This document shows, piece after piece, positions 50,069 through 64,000 of a stretch of DNA of 64,000 bases (position 1 is the first letter of the stretch; each line of letters starts with the position of its first letter). The notes under the pieces are model-generated. The model was not told the DNA's origin. It saw only the letters and a program-made list of their open reading frames with translations, and did no database searches. Position numbers and translations under genes: made by a program. The stretch is from NCBI RefSeq assembly GCF_058153355.1, contig NZ_CM177019.1. The stretch is one strand, 5' to 3'.

Positions 50069-50919
50069 GGTTTACGTTTTTCCAGCGTACGATGGCGTGA
50101 CTGGACGTTTTTACCGCGTGAACGGAAGTAGTCTGCCAACTGCTCTGCAATATACACCGAACGGTGCTTCCCGCCAGTACAACCAATGGCGACCGTCAGG
50201 TAGCTACGGTTGTTGGTTTCCAGCATAGGTAACCATAGCTCAAGATAGCTTCGCGTCTGGTAAATAAAATTGTGTACTTCTGTGTGGCGGTCGAGGAACG
50301 CGGCGACAGGCTTATCAAGACCTGTCATCGGACGCAGTTTTGGATCCCAGTGCGGGTTCGGCAAGAAGCGCACGTCAAAGACGTAATCTGCATCGATAGG
50401 GATACCGTGTTTGAAGCCGAAAGACTCAAAGACCATGGTCAGTTCGCGTTCACGTTTACCCAGTAAACGGGTACGCAACATTTCTGCCAGCTCGTGAACG
50501 GACATTTCTGAGGTATCGACAATCAGATCCGCTCGCGAACGCAGTGGTTCCAGTAGATCGCTTTCTTTGTCGATAGCACTTTCCAGCGACAGGTTTTTGC
50601 TGGAAAGGGGATGCAGGCGGCGCGTGTCACTGTAACGACGAATTAAGGTATTACGGTCGGCATCCAGGAACAGGAGTTGCGGTGAGAAAGCGTCAGGTAG
50701 GTTACTCATCGCCTGTTCGAATATTTCTGGTGACTCCGGCATATTACGAACATCAATGCTGACGGCGGCAGAAATCTCGCGATCGGCCAGAGTTCGAGCC
50801 AGATCGGGTAACAACACTACGGGGAGGTTATCCACGCAGTAAAAACCCATATCTTCCAGCGCACGAAGGGCGACAGATTTACCTGAACCTGAACGTCCGC
50901 TGACGATCATCAGTACCAT
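50065..50919 (-). CDS. rapZ: RNase adaptor protein RapZ (YhbJ), GlmZ/GlmY regulation
   Basis: 284-aa ORF with Walker A GRSGSGKS. There is a 4-nt overlap with ptsO. Confidence 0.94.
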
Positions 50920-50964
50920 GTACTGTTTCTCCTCACAACGTCTAAAAGAGACATTACCGAATAA

Positions 50965-51456
50965 CTACGCTTCATCCGGAGTACCTTCGGTATCCGTAAT
51001 GATTTGATACAGCTCTTCATCGCTCTGGGCTGCGCGTAAACGGCGGCAGATGGTTTTATCCGCCAGACGTTTCGCCACCAGCGACAGAGTATGCAGGTGC
51101 GTTTTGGTTTGGTCAGCCGGAACCAGCAACGCAAACAGTAAATCTACCGGTTGGTTGTCAATGGCATCGAAAGCTATGGGCGTTTCGAGCTGAACGAAAA
51201 CGCCAACGGCGCGCAGAGTATCTTCTTCCAGTTTGCCATGCGGAATGGCTATACCATTGCCGATACCGGTACTGCCCATTTTTTCCCGCGTCAGGATAGC
51301 TTCAAAAACCACCTGAGGCGGCAGGCTAAGTTGTTTCGCCGCCAGCTCGCTGATGATTTCCAGGGCGCGTTTTTTGCTCTGACAGTGGACGCGGCTTCGC
51401 GTACATTCCCTGTTAAGAACAGTGCTAAGCTGTAGAGTTGTATCATTATTTGTCAT
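50965..51456 (-). CDS. ptsN: Nitrogen-PTS EIIA-Ntr
   Basis: ORF 50965..51480 trimmed to the ATG at 51456 (MTNNDTTLQLS), giving 163 aa. The phospho-His context is GNGIAIPHG. Confidence 0.94.
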   Translation of the reverse strand: MTNNDTTLQLSTVLNRECTRSRVHCQSKKRALEIISELAAKQLSLPPQVVFEAILTREKMGSTGIGNGIAIPHGKLEEDTLRAVGVFVQLETPIAFDAIDNQPVDLLFALLVPADQTKTHLHTLSLVAKRLADKTICRRLRAAQSDEELYQIITDTEGTPDEA

Positions 51457-51573
51457 AATTTCACCTAAGAACCTGCTCACTCAAACGGTGGAACAGGTTC
51501 GGAGCATTAACTGTACAAATGGCCCGTTGTGCCGCACAACAGGCCGCCATGCACATGCTAATTGCCCGGACAA

Positions 51574-51861
51574 TTAGTGTTGTTTCAGTTTATCTTTATG
51601 TTTGGTCAACTGGCGTGCCAGCTTATCAATTAAGCCATCAATGGCAGCGTACATGTCCTGACCTTCCGCGCTGGCATGAATTTCACCACCGTTTACATGC
51701 AGTGTTGCATCTGAGGTATGGGTGACTTTCTCCACTTTCAGAACAACATAGACCTGGTTGATTCGGTCAAAATATTGCTCAAGTTTGGCAAATTTAGCAG
51801 TAACAAATTCGCGCAGTGCCTCGGTGATCTCGACGTTATTTCCGGTAATGTTGAGCTGCAT
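51574..51861 (-). CDS. hpf: Ribosome hibernation promoting factor
   Basis: ORF 51574..51945 trimmed to the ATG at 51861 (MQLNITGNNVEITEALREFV), giving 95 aa. Confidence 0.94.
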   Translation of the reverse strand: MQLNITGNNVEITEALREFVTAKFAKLEQYFDRINQVYVVLKVEKVTHTSDATLHVNGGEIHASAEGQDMYAAIDGLIDKLARQLTKHKDKLKQH

Positions 51862-51883
51862 AGTGTCTTCCTTATCGGTTGGG

Positions 51884-53317
51884 TCAAACGAGCTGTTTAC
51901 GCTGGTTTGACGGCGGAATGGATAAAGACTCTCGGTACTTCGCAACAGTGCGGCGTGCCACCATGATACCTTGTTCCGACAGCAAAGAGGTTAACTTGCT
52001 GTCGCTCAACGGTTTCGCTGGGTTTTCCGCCGCGATTAATTTCTTCACCAGCGCACGAATTGCCGTTGAGGAAGCTTCGCCGCCGCCCTCGGTATTGACG
52101 TGACTGGAAAAGAAATACTTCAGTTCAAAAATGCCTCGTGGACTATGCAGGTATTTTTGCGTGGTCACGCGAGATATCGTCGATTCATGCATTTCGACAG
52201 CCTGGGCGATATCGGCCAGTACCATCGGTTTCATATATTCTTCGCCTTGCTCAAAGAAGGCTTGCTGCTGTTCAACGATACAGCGACTCACGCGTAGTAG
52301 CGTATCGTTACGGCTTTCCAGACTCTTGATCAACCATTTGGCATCCTGCAGATTGCTGCGGATAAACTGGCTGTCACCGTCGTTGCGCGCGTTATTGCAC
52401 ATCGAGGCGTAGTGCTGGTTGATTTGCAGACGCGGAATGCTGTCGCTATTGAGTTCTACCGTCCAGTGACCGTTATGCTTACGTACCAGTACATCTGGAA
52501 TGACATACTCCGGTTCGCCAGTCTGGATCGACTGTCCGGGGCGTGGATCGAGCGACTGGATCAGATTGACGGCTTCTTTCAGCACATCTTCTTTCAGTCG
52601 CGTGACGCGCATTAAGGTACGGAAGTCGTGATTGGCTAACAGATCGAGATGATCGCTAATGATCAGTCTCGCCTCTTCCAGCCACGGCGTAGTTTTATCG
52701 AATTGGGAGAGTTGGATCAGCAGGCAGTCACGCAGATCTTTCGCCGCTACGCCGACCGGATCAAACCGTTGGATCCGCTTCAGGACGGCTTCAACTTCAT
52801 CGATGTCGATTTCTTCATCGCCCATACTTTCGAGAATATCTTCCAGCGGAACAGTCAGATAACCGGTGTCATCAACGGCATCGACGATAGAGGTAGCAAT
52901 AGCGCGGTCAGTGTCGGAAAACGGTGTCAGCTCGACTTGCCACATCAGGTAATCTTGCAAGGTCTGCGTTGTTTCGCCCTGATAGACCGGCAGCTCGTCG
53001 TCAATGTAGTCACCGCTGGTGCCGGAGGGTGTACCAGCGGTGTAAATGGTGTCCCAACTGGCATCGAGCGGCAGCTCTTCCGGCATCTCTTTTTGTTCGA
53101 GTGCGTCGGCGGTGTCCAGTGTTTCACTGTCTTGCGTTTCGCGGGTGTCGATTTCTTCATGAGTGTCGATTTGCTCAAGCAGCGGATTACTCTCCAGCGC
53201 CTGCTGTAGCTCCTGCTGAAGTTCCAGCGTCGACAACTGCAACAGACGAATAGCCTGTTGGAGCTGTGGCGTCATCGCCAGTTGTTGGCTAAGCCTGAGT
53301 TGCAAACCTTGCTTCAT
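51884..53317 (-). CDS. rpoN: RNA polymerase sigma-54
   Basis: 477-aa ORF with a Gln-rich N-terminus, an acidic region and the RpoN box ARRTVAKYR. Confidence 0.97.
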   Translation of the reverse strand: MKQGLQLRLSQQLAMTPQLQQAIRLLQLSTLELQQELQQALESNPLLEQIDTHEEIDTRETQDSETLDTADALEQKEMPEELPLDASWDTIYTAGTPSGTSGDYIDDELPVYQGETTQTLQDYLMWQVELTPFSDTDRAIATSIVDAVDDTGYLTVPLEDILESMGDEEIDIDEVEAVLKRIQRFDPVGVAAKDLRDCLLIQLSQFDKTTPWLEEARLIISDHLDLLANHDFRTLMRVTRLKEDVLKEAVNLIQSLDPRPGQSIQTGEPEYVIPDVLVRKHNGHWTVELNSDSIPRLQINQHYASMCNNARNDGDSQFIRSNLQDAKWLIKSLESRNDTLLRVSRCIVEQQQAFFEQGEEYMKPMVLADIAQAVEMHESTISRVTTQKYLHSPRGIFELKYFFSSHVNTEGGGEASSTAIRALVKKLIAAENPAKPLSDSKLTSLLSEQGIMVARRTVAKYRESLSIPPSNQRKQLV

Positions 53318-53364
53318 GTTCAGAATCGTACTCTCCTGATAAAACGTCGCAAACTTCTACCCTA

Positions 53365-54090
53365 TCAGAGTCTGAAGTCTTCCCCAAGGTATACACGCTT
53401 AACATGTTCGTCTTGTAAGATTTCTGTAGGCGTGCCGTGGGCGATCAAATGCCCCTGACTGACGATATAAGCGCGTTCACAAACCGCCAGCGTTTCACGC
53501 ACGTTATGGTCGGTGATCAGCACGCCCAGGCCGCTGTCGCGCAAGTGCTCAATGATGCGTTTGATGTCGATAACCGAGATCGGGTCAACCCCGGCAAACG
53601 GTTCATCAAGCAGAATAAATTTCGGATTCGCAGCCAGTGCACGGGCAATTTCTACACGGCGACGTTCACCCCCGGAGAGTGACTGCCCCATGCTGTCACG
53701 CAGGTGTTCGATGTGAAACTCTTCCATCAGCTCGTTCGCGCGGTCTTCACGTTGTTCAGCAGACAAGTCGTCACGAATTTGCAGTACCGCCATCAGGTTA
53801 TCGTAAACGCTGAGGCGACGAAAAATGGAGGCTTCCTGCGGCAGATAGCCGATACCGCGGCGCGCGCGCGCATGCAGAGGCAGCAGACTGATATCGTCAT
53901 CATCAATAATGATATTGCCCGCATCGCGCGGCACAATGCCAACAACCATGTAGAAAGTGGTGGTCTTACCGGCACCGTTTGGCCCCAGCAGACCGACAAT
54001 TTCCCCGGAGTTGACGGTCAGGCTGACGTCTTCTACCACGCGGCGGCCTTTATAGGCTTTTGCAAGGTTCTTTGCAGTTAATGTTGCCAT
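53365..54090 (-). CDS. lptB: LPS export ABC transporter ATPase LptB
   Basis: 241-aa ORF with Walker [10 protein letters not shown] and the signature LSGGERRR. Confidence 0.96.
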
Positions 54091-54096
54091 AACGAA

Positions 54097-54654
54097 TTAA
54101 TTACCCTTCTTCTGTGCCGGGGTCTGGCCTTTGTTGTTTTTGTCCTGCAGCTGCGACGGCACCAGAACGGTGGTTACGCGCTTGCCTTTGTCGCTGAACG
54201 CCTGCATTTTCTGCTCTTTCACCAGGTAAGTGATCTTATCACCCTTAATGTTGCTATCGACCTGCTGCAGATAAGCATTACCCGTCAGAACGACAAAATC
54301 TTTTGCCAGTTCGTAGTGCATCTGGGAAGCGTGACCTTCAACGGGTTTACCGTTGTCCTGCATCTGGTAGAACGTTGCCGGTTTACCGTAGCCGTCAATC
54401 ACTTCTTTACCTTGTTCGCCGCCCGGACGGGTAACGACCACTTTGTCGGCATTAATTTTGATGGTGCCCTGGGTGACGATGACATTACCGGTAAAGGTAA
54501 CCACGTTGCCTTGCATATCAAGAGATTGCTGGTCCGATTCAATGTGGATCGGCTGATCAGTGTCTCCGGTTACGGCAAATGCCGGAATGCTGGCGGCCAG
54601 AAGTGAGCTGGCAAGCACAAGATTAAGGCTGAGTTTGTTTGTTTTGAATTTCAT
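54097..54654 (-). CDS. lptA: Periplasmic LPS transport bridge protein LptA
   Basis: ORF 54097..54675 trimmed to the ATG at 54654 (MKFKTNKLSLNLVLASSLLAASIPAFA signal peptide), giving 185 aa. Confidence 0.93.
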   Translation of the reverse strand: MKFKTNKLSLNLVLASSLLAASIPAFAVTGDTDQPIHIESDQQSLDMQGNVVTFTGNVIVTQGTIKINADKVVVTRPGGEQGKEVIDGYGKPATFYQMQDNGKPVEGHASQMHYELAKDFVVLTGNAYLQQVDSNIKGDKITYLVKEQKMQAFSDKGKRVTTVLVPSQLQDKNNKGQTPAQKKGN

Positions 54655-55198
54655 AGGATGTTCTAACCTTTTCAATCAGCTCGGCGTTCTTGCTGCGTAA
54701 GTTGCCGCGCATTTTCAGACCGCTGGAGTTAAATGTTGTTCCGTATAACGTGACAAGGTCTTCAGAGGTAACATCCTGCGTCACCAGATTGATCTGCGCG
54801 TTATCCGTCGTGATTCTGCGAAGTTGAGAGTCCGGCACGAGTGCGTTGACTTCAACGTGTCCATATAAATAGAGCATCCGGTCATTGGTCAGCTTGGCTT
54901 TATCTGCTTTTACGGACCATGTCGGGATTTTATCCTTATCAAACGTGGTAAGTACCGGCTGCGTAAACCACGAAACGGCCTGATCGGAATAATATTCAAC
55001 GTGTTGAGCAATCAATCGATAGCTTAGTGCCCCTTCTGGGTTATAGACGAGCGTGTCCGTATGCTCGCTTTTATAGGTGGGATCATTGTTGTTGACGACC
55101 ACCTGGGCGGTATCGTCTTTTTCGGCCATATTAATGCCGATCATCACCAGAACCGCCAGTGATAGCACAATGATAACCCAACGTCTGGCTTTACTCAT
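54623..55198 (-). CDS. lptC: Inner-membrane LPS export protein LptC
   Basis: 191-aa ORF with a single N-terminal TM segment. Its 3' end overlaps the lptA start by 32 nt. Confidence 0.92.
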   Translation of the reverse strand: MSKARRWVIIVLSLAVLVMIGINMAEKDDTAQVVVNNNDPTYKSEHTDTLVYNPEGALSYRLIAQHVEYYSDQAVSWFTQPVLTTFDKDKIPTWSVKADKAKLTNDRMLYLYGHVEVNALVPDSQLRRITTDNAQINLVTQDVTSEDLVTLYGTTFNSSGLKMRGNLRSKNAELIEKVRTSYEIQNKQTQP

Positions 55199-55761
55199 AT
55201 CGATTGCCCTTTGGCTTCATCCAGTTTGCCCTGCGCCAGGAGTAATAAGTCGCAAACTTCTCGCACTGCGCCACGACCGCCAGCAATGCGCGTCACGTAA
55301 TCGGCGCGCGGGAGCAACAGTGGATGCGCATCGGCCACGGCGATGCTTAAACCCACTTTTTCCATTACCGGCCAGTCAATGAGATCATCGCCGACATAAG
55401 CCACATTTTCCGGGGCAATTGCCAGTTTTTCCAGCAGATCGCTAAAGGCGATCAGTTTGTTTGACTGCCCCTGATACAAGTGAGTGATCCCCAATGTGGC
55501 ACAACGATCTTCTACCAGTTTAGCCTTTCGCCCGGTAATGATAGCGACTTCAATATCAGAGGTGAGCGCACAACGAATGCCATAACCGTCACGAACATTG
55601 AACGCTTTCAGCTCTTCGCCATTATTGCCCATATAAATCAGGCCATCTGACAGTACGCCATCGACATCGAGGATCAGCAGACGAATGTTCTCTGCTTTTG
55701 CCATAACGTCGGCGCTGACAGGGCCGTAACAGGTCGCAAGCGACGCACCTGCTTTGCTCAT
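55195..55761 (-). CDS. kdsC: KDO-8-phosphate phosphatase (HAD)
   Basis: 188-aa ORF with the HAD motif LILDVDGVLSDG. Confidence 0.93.
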   Translation of the reverse strand: MSKAGASLATCYGPVSADVMAKAENIRLLILDVDGVLSDGLIYMGNNGEELKAFNVRDGYGIRCALTSDIEVAIITGRKAKLVEDRCATLGITHLYQGQSNKLIAFSDLLEKLAIAPENVAYVGDDLIDWPVMEKVGLSIAVADAHPLLLPRADYVTRIAGGRGAVREVCDLLLLAQGKLDEAKGQSI

Positions 55762-55781
55762 TGTTGTTTATCCTTGAATCT

Positions 55782-56768
55782 TTACACTACGCCTGCACGC
55801 AGTAAATCATGCATATGTAACACACCGAGTAAATGGTCGCCATCGGCAACCATCACGGAGGTGATATGGCGGGACTGCATTAAGTTCAGTGCCTCAACGG
55901 CCAGAATGCCAGGGCGTACACGTATTCCCCCCGGCGTCATCACATCGGCAATACTTAACTGACGAACATCCACACCCATATCGAAGACACGGCGTAAATC
56001 ACCGTCGGTAAAGATGCCTTCAATCATCATATTGTCATCGCAAATGACCGTCATACCAAGATTTTTGCGGGTAACTTCCAGCAACGCGTCGCGCAGGCTG
56101 GCCGTTTTCTTAACATGCGGGATCTCATCGCCCGTATGCATAATATCGTTTACGCGCAGCAGAAGTTTACGACCCAGTGCGCCGCCGGGGTGTGAGAGCG
56201 CAAAATCTTCAGCAGTAAAGCCGCGTGCTTTTAACAGCGCGACAGCGAGCGCATCGCCCATAACCAGCGTGGCGGTCGTGCTGCTGGTCGGTGCCAGCCC
56301 TAACGGACAGGCTTCTTTCGCTACTTTAACACACAGATGCACATCTGCGGCGCGCGCCATGCTGCTCTCCGGGCGACCGGTGATGCAGATTAACGGCACG
56401 TGAAGACGCTTAAGCACTGGAATTAAGGCCGTGATTTCGCTGGATTCACCGGAGTTAGAGATAGCAATCACCACGTCCTGCGGGGTGACCATACCCAAAT
56501 CACCATGAGCAGCTTCACCTGGATGGACGAAAAATGAAGGTGTACCAGTGCTGGCAAACGTTGCCGCCATTTTGCGCCCAATATGCCCCGATTTCCCCAT
56601 CCCCATGACGACAACTTTCCCTTTACACCAGAACATCTTTTCACAGGCAAGCGTGAAATTCTGATTGATGTATTGATCAAGCTCCGCCAGGCATTCACGT
56701 TCAATCGCCAGGACTTCTTTACCTGCTTGCTGAAAGTCAAAACCCGGTTGTAACTCTACGTGCGACAT
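55782..56768 (-). CDS. kdsD: Arabinose-5-phosphate isomerase (SIS + tandem CBS)
   Basis: ORF 55782..56789 trimmed to the ATG at 56768 (MSHVELQPGFDFQQAGKEVL), giving 328 aa. Confidence 0.93.
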   Translation of the reverse strand: MSHVELQPGFDFQQAGKEVLAIERECLAELDQYINQNFTLACEKMFWCKGKVVVMGMGKSGHIGRKMAATFASTGTPSFFVHPGEAAHGDLGMVTPQDVVIAISNSGESSEITALIPVLKRLHVPLICITGRPESSMARAADVHLCVKVAKEACPLGLAPTSSTTATLVMGDALAVALLKARGFTAEDFALSHPGGALGRKLLLRVNDIMHTGDEIPHVKKTASLRDALLEVTRKNLGMTVICDDNMMIEGIFTDGDLRRVFDMGVDVRQLSIADVMTPGGIRVRPGILAVEALNLMQSRHITSVMVADGDHLLGVLHMHDLLRAGVV

Positions 56769-56781
56769 AATACGTTTCCAG

Positions 56782-57759
56782 TTATTCAACGAGTATTGGC
56801 GATAACCAGTACAACATCGCCAGCCATACGATAAATCCGCCAGTTAATAATACCCCTACACCACGGCCTGGTTGCGGGGAGCGCCGCCAGCACAGCAACG
56901 CAAAAATAATGCTCACCAGCAACATCACGCTGTAGTCACGACTGTACGCCAGTGGATCAATCTCTCCAGGCGTTATCAGCGCGGGTAAACCCAACACGAT
57001 GACAATATTAAAAATGTTTGCGCCAATGATATTCCCGACAGCAATGTCGTTTTCACCTTTGCGAACCCCCGCGATTGCGGTTGCCAGTTCTGGCAGACTG
57101 GTTCCGATAGCGATTGCCGTCAGACCCATCGTCAACTCGCTGATGGCAAAGTAATTCGCCAGCACCGTGGCGTTATCAACCACCATCCGCGTGGCCACTG
57201 GCATGATGATCAGCGCAATGCCGAGCCATAAAAACGCGACGGGCAATCCGCCTTCACGCGGCAGCTCTGCAAGCTGCTCTCTGGTCAGGCTGTCAGTCCC
57301 CTGACATTCAGCCAGACGTGCAAGTTTAACAATGAACAGCAGCCATAGCACAGCCAGAAAGAGGAGAAAGATACCATCGCTGCGACTAAGTTGTCCGTCA
57401 TAGAGTACGGAACCGGCCACTACACTGACCAACAACATTAAGGGTAATTCGCGGCGCAGAACATCGGAATGGACGGTAAAAGGACGTACCAGCGCAGCCA
57501 GACCGAGGATCAGCAAAATATTGATAATGTTTGATCCGAGGGCTACACCAACGGCTAAATCGCGTTGTTCGTGCAGTGATGCGGCAAGCGAAACGATGAT
57601 TTCTGGTAACGATGTGCCAATACTGACCACCGTCATGCCGATGATCAGTGGCGGTATGCCAAAGGATCGGCAAAGAATGGACGCGGCAAATACCAGGCGG
57701 TCGGCACTGTAAACGACCAAAAGTAAACCAACAATTAACAGTGCCGTAGCTAAAAGCAT
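56782..57759 (-). CDS. yrbG: CaCA-family Na+/Ca2+ exchanger-like inner membrane protein
   Basis: 325-aa polytopic ORF with duplicated alpha-repeat motifs (GTSLPE twice). Confidence 0.88.
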   Translation of the reverse strand: MLLATALLIVGLLLVVYSADRLVFAASILCRSFGIPPLIIGMTVVSIGTSLPEIIVSLAASLHEQRDLAVGVALGSNIINILLILGLAALVRPFTVHSDVLRRELPLMLLVSVVAGSVLYDGQLSRSDGIFLLFLAVLWLLFIVKLARLAECQGTDSLTREQLAELPREGGLPVAFLWLGIALIIMPVATRMVVDNATVLANYFAISELTMGLTAIAIGTSLPELATAIAGVRKGENDIAVGNIIGANIFNIVIVLGLPALITPGEIDPLAYSRDYSVMLLVSIIFALLCWRRSPQPGRGVGVLLTGGFIVWLAMLYWLSPILVE

Positions 57760-57968
57760 CTAACGTCCTTTCTTCAGGTATACTCGCCGGTCCGCTGAAG
57801 ATTTTCAGAAAGCCGTAACGGATTCTTAATTTTGACTTTATGCGGCTAAAAAGTAAAACAAATGCCAGCTTTCGCTAACCACGGCGGGTAATATTCTGTA
57901 AATATGTTGGGTTCAAGGTTAAATTGAGCGCCATGCTTAGAAAATCAACGCAAGACGAAGGGTGAATT

Positions 57969-59568
<1,600 letters not shown>

Positions 59569-59572
59569 GTTC

Positions 59573-60124
59573 ATGCAAACGAAAAAAAATGAAATTTGGG
59601 TGGGTATCTTTTTATTAGCAGCACTGCTGGCGGCGCTGTTTGTTTGCCTGAAGGCGGCGAACGTGACGTCCATACGTACTGAACCGACCTATACGCTTTA
59701 TGCGACGTTCGATAACATTGGCGGCCTGAAAGCGCGCTCTCCGGTCAGCATTGGTGGCGTTGTTGTGGGCCGGGTGGCGGATATTACGCTGGACCCGAAA
59801 ACCTATCTGCCACGCGTAACGCTGGAAATTGAACAACGTTATAACCACATTCCTGATACCAGTTCGCTGAGCATCCGTACTTCCGGCCTGCTGGGGGAAC
59901 AATATCTGGCATTAAACGTCGGTTTTGAAGACCCGGAACTGGGGACTGCTATCCTGAAGGATGGCGATACAATCCAGGACACTAAGTCTGCGATGGTGCT
60001 GGAAGATCTCATTGGTCAGTTCCTTTACGGTAGTAAAGGCGATGACAATAAGAATAGTGGCGATGCGCCAGCTGCTGCGCCAGGTAATAATGAAACCACT
60101 GAACCTGTGGGTACAACGAAATAA
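59573..60124 (+). CDS. mlaD: MCE-domain substrate-binding protein MlaD
   Basis: ORF 59558..60124 trimmed to the ATG at 59573 (MQTKKNEIWVGIFLLAALLAALF), giving 183 aa. Confidence 0.92.
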   Translation: MQTKKNEIWVGIFLLAALLAALFVCLKAANVTSIRTEPTYTLYATFDNIGGLKARSPVSIGGVVVGRVADITLDPKTYLPRVTLEIEQRYNHIPDTSSLSIRTSGLLGEQYLALNVGFEDPELGTAILKDGDTIQDTKSAMVLEDLIGQFLYGSKGDDNKNSGDAPAAAPGNNETTEPVGTTK

Positions 60125-60777
<653 letters not shown>

Positions 60778-60778
<1 letters not shown>

Positions 60779-61071
60779 TGAGCGAGTCACTGAGCTGGAT
60801 GCAGACGGGTGACACGCTGGCGTTATCCGGAGAGCTGGATCAGGACGTTCTGCTACCGCTTTGGGAAATGCGTGAGGAGGCGGTGAAGGGGATTACCTGC
60901 ATCGATCTTAGCCGTGTATCCCGCGTTGATACAGGTGGACTGGCGCTGCTGCTCCATCTTATCGATCTGGCGAAAAAGCAGGGCAACAATGTGACGCTTC
61001 AGGGGGTAAACGACAAAGTGTATACCCTGGCGAAATTGTATAATTTGCCTGCTGATGTTCTGCCTCGTTAA
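60778..61071 (+). CDS. mlaB: STAS-domain accessory protein MlaB
   Basis: ORF 60682..61071 trimmed to the ATG at 60778 (MSESLSWMQTGDTLALSGELD), giving 97 aa. There is a TAATG overlap with mlaC. Confidence 0.88.
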
Positions 61072-61079
61072 ATTTTTTC

Positions 61080-61113
61080 AGGCCGGATAAGGCGTTAACC
61101 GCCTGTCCGGCAA
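61080..61113. repeat. REP-like palindromic element
   Basis: The reverse complement reads GCCGGACAGGCGGTTAACGCCTTATCCGGCCTG, which resembles the REP consensus. It lies just after mlaB. Confidence 0.55.
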
Positions 61114-61230
61114 ACCTGCCTGCAAGTTGAGCCTTGTCTGATTTATCAGCGAGGCTTTTTGCTTATTTATGCCAGCGCAACTTTGCTCTAAGATGTTTCG
61201 CTGGTTTATTAACTGATGATTGAAGATCCC

Positions 61231-61485
61231 ATGGAAAATAATGAAATTCAGAGCGTGTTGATGAACGCTCTCTCCCTCCAGGAAGTCCACGTTTCCGGCG
61301 ATGGCAGCCACTTTCAGGTTATTGCCGTGGGTGAGTTGTTTGACGGCATGAGTCGGGTTAAAAAACAGCAGACGGTCTATGGTCCGCTGATGGAATATAT
61401 TGCGGATAACCGCATACATGCTGTGTCGATTAAAGCGTATACCCCTGCGGAGTGGGCGCGCGATCGCAAACTGAACGGCTTTTGA
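61231..61485 (+). CDS. ibaG: BolA-family acid-stress protein IbaG (YrbA)
   Basis: ORF 61216..61485 trimmed to the ATG at 61231 ([33 protein letters not shown]), giving 84 aa. Confidence 0.88.
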
Positions 61486-61539
61486 GCTATGGGCGATTCG
61501 CCGGTAGCGGATATGAATTGTTAACTGAGAACAAACTAA

Positions 61540-62799
<1,260 letters not shown>

Positions 62800-62846
62800 T
62801 CGTCCGAGAGCTGGCAGCCCCGTTCGCGGGGCTACCGCCAGACCAC

Positions 62847-63125
62847 TCATTTTTTCGGTTTAGTGTAGCTACGCATCAACTGCGTTCTGTCGATAAACTC
62901 ATGGGTCTGCGGATCATGGTAGCGTGATGGCCAGATAACCCAGGGGTCAGTTCCCAGGGCTTTCGCAATAATCATCTCTCCTTTCGGCCATGGGCGCGAT
63001 AATGCGTTCGCCAGCGTTGAGGAACTCAAACCATTTCTACGAGATTCCGCCGCCATTGACGTTCCTTTCTTGCGTAAACCCGCAATGATGTCAGCGGGAT
63101 GCCAGTCAATGAAATTACTTTCCAT
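62847..63125 (-). CDS. sfsB: Ner-like HTH regulator SfsB (Nlp)
   Basis: 92-aa ORF (MESNFIDWHPADIIAGLRKKGTSMAAESRRNGLSSSTLANAL). Confidence 0.85.
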   Translation of the reverse strand: MESNFIDWHPADIIAGLRKKGTSMAAESRRNGLSSSTLANALSRPWPKGEMIIAKALGTDPWVIWPSRYHDPQTHEFIDRTQLMRSYTKPKK

Positions 63126-63317
63126 CTTTCCTCACTCCTTAAGTTAGTCGCTTTCATTCAGAACACTTCTTCTGTCGAGCATCACTATACTCCTGATGGC
63201 CTATTGCTCTAAAAAGTTCCTGTAAAGAGTGTGAATATTCAGAATATATAAAGATACATACACTGGTTTTTCAGGCGTTATTACGCTGAATAAGTGTTTT
63301 TATGGAACTTATTGGAA

Positions 63318-63342
63318 TCATCCCGCGCACTGCGCGGGATGA
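63318..63342 (-). terminator. Hairpin immediately downstream of ispB
   Basis: TCATCCCGCGC-AGT-GCGCGGGATGA (minus strand), 12 nt after the ispB stop. The following U-tract is weak. Confidence 0.45.
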
Positions 63343-63353
63343 GGGGGAGGGGA

Positions 63354-64000
63354 TTAACGATCGCGTTGAACAGCGATGTGCGCGAGGCCGATGAGTGCTT
63401 CTCGCCACGGGGTGTCCGGGAGCACCTGTAACGCTGCGATGGCTTTGTCTGCTTCTTCCTCGGCACGCTGACGCGTCCATTCAAGAGAGCCACAAGCGTT
63501 CATTGCTTCCAGAACCGGTTCCAGAAGATGACGACCGTTACCCTGTTCGATGGCGGTACGAATCATCTGTGCCTGTTCTGGTGTGCCATGATGCATTGCA
63601 TGCAGCAGCGGCAGCGTCGGTTTACCTTCGTTCAGATCGTCGCCGACGTTTTTACCTAACTGTTCGCCATCGGCATTGTAATCGAGTAAATCGTCAATCA
63701 ACTGGAAAGCGGTGCCGAGATAACGCCCATAATCCTGCAGGCCTTTCTCCTCCTCCGGCGTACAGCCAGCCAGAATCCCGGAACACTGCGCGGCAGCCTC
63801 AAACAGACGCGCGGTTTTGCTATAGATAACGCGCATGTAGTTTTCTTCGGTGATGTCCGGATCGTTAACGTTCATCAGTTGCAGAACTTCACCTTCTGCG
63901 ATGACGTTTACGGCTTCTGACATGACTTCCAGCACTTTGAGCGAACCGAGGCTGGTCATCATCTGGAACGCGCGGGTATAAATAAAATCGCCTACCAGCA
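63354..64000 (-). CDS. ispB: Octaprenyl-diphosphate synthase, C-terminal ~215 codons (5' end beyond the right edge)
   Basis: The frame is open to the window edge. The track ORF 63354..63962 starts at an internal Met. The second Asp-rich motif is present (FQLIDDLLDY), and the C-terminus is ...LIGLAHIAVQRDR. Confidence 0.92.
   Translation of the reverse strand, partial: LVGDFIYTRAFQMMTSLGSLKVLEVMSEAVNVIAEGEVLQLMNVNDPDITEENYMRVIYSKTARLFEAAAQCSGILAGCTPEEEKGLQDYGRYLGTAFQLIDDLLDYNADGEQLGKNVGDDLNEGKPTLPLLHAMHHGTPEQAQMIRTAIEQGNGRHLLEPVLEAMNACGSLEWTRQRAEEEADKAIAALQVLPDTPWREALIGLAHIAVQRDR

Overview
This 64-kb window is ordinary Escherichia coli core chromosome. It is colinear, in reverse orientation, with the K-12 interval from acuI/yhdH to ispB (about 3.33-3.40 Mb as I recall). 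Gene order left to right: acuI (partial), csrD, mreBCD-yhdE-rng, yhdP, tldD, aaeR / aaeXAB, yhcO, yhcN, argR, mdh, [IS4], degS, degQ, zapG(yhcB), zapE(yhcM), rplM-rpsI, sspAB, dcuD, nanR, nanATEK-yhcH, yhcG (broken), gltD-gltB, yhcC, arcB, ArcZ sRNA, elbB-mtgA, yrbL, npr-rapZ-ptsN-hpf-rpoN-lptBAC-kdsCD, yrbG, mlaFEDCB, ibaG-murA, sfsB, ispB (partial). Calls rest on the ORF track, catalytic or family motifs visible in the translations, and my recollection of the K-12 proteins. That recollection was used to trim about 20 over-extended ORF starts, and each trimmed start was checked to land on an ATG or GTG in the sequence. No rRNA, tRNA or CRISPR array was seen. I do not see a convincing novel multi-gene system. 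There are four departures from a plain core region. (1) A complete 1426-bp IS4 sits exactly in the shared mdh/degS bidirectional terminator, with a perfect 12-bp target duplication. (2) yhcG, a DUF1016 PD-(D/E)xK nuclease-family gene, is disrupted by an internal out-of-frame deletion that removes the (D/E)xK half of the motif. (3) Four covarying palindromes with a CAGAC-N3-GTCTG core are confined to the yhcG locus, and three of them lie in frame inside the CDS. This is the most unexplained signal here. (4) gltD abuts yhcG across only 183 bp, so the gltF-yhcADEF block that K-12 carries between them is absent. The remaining findings are low-interest or already known biology. All comparisons to K-12 are from memory and need a database check.
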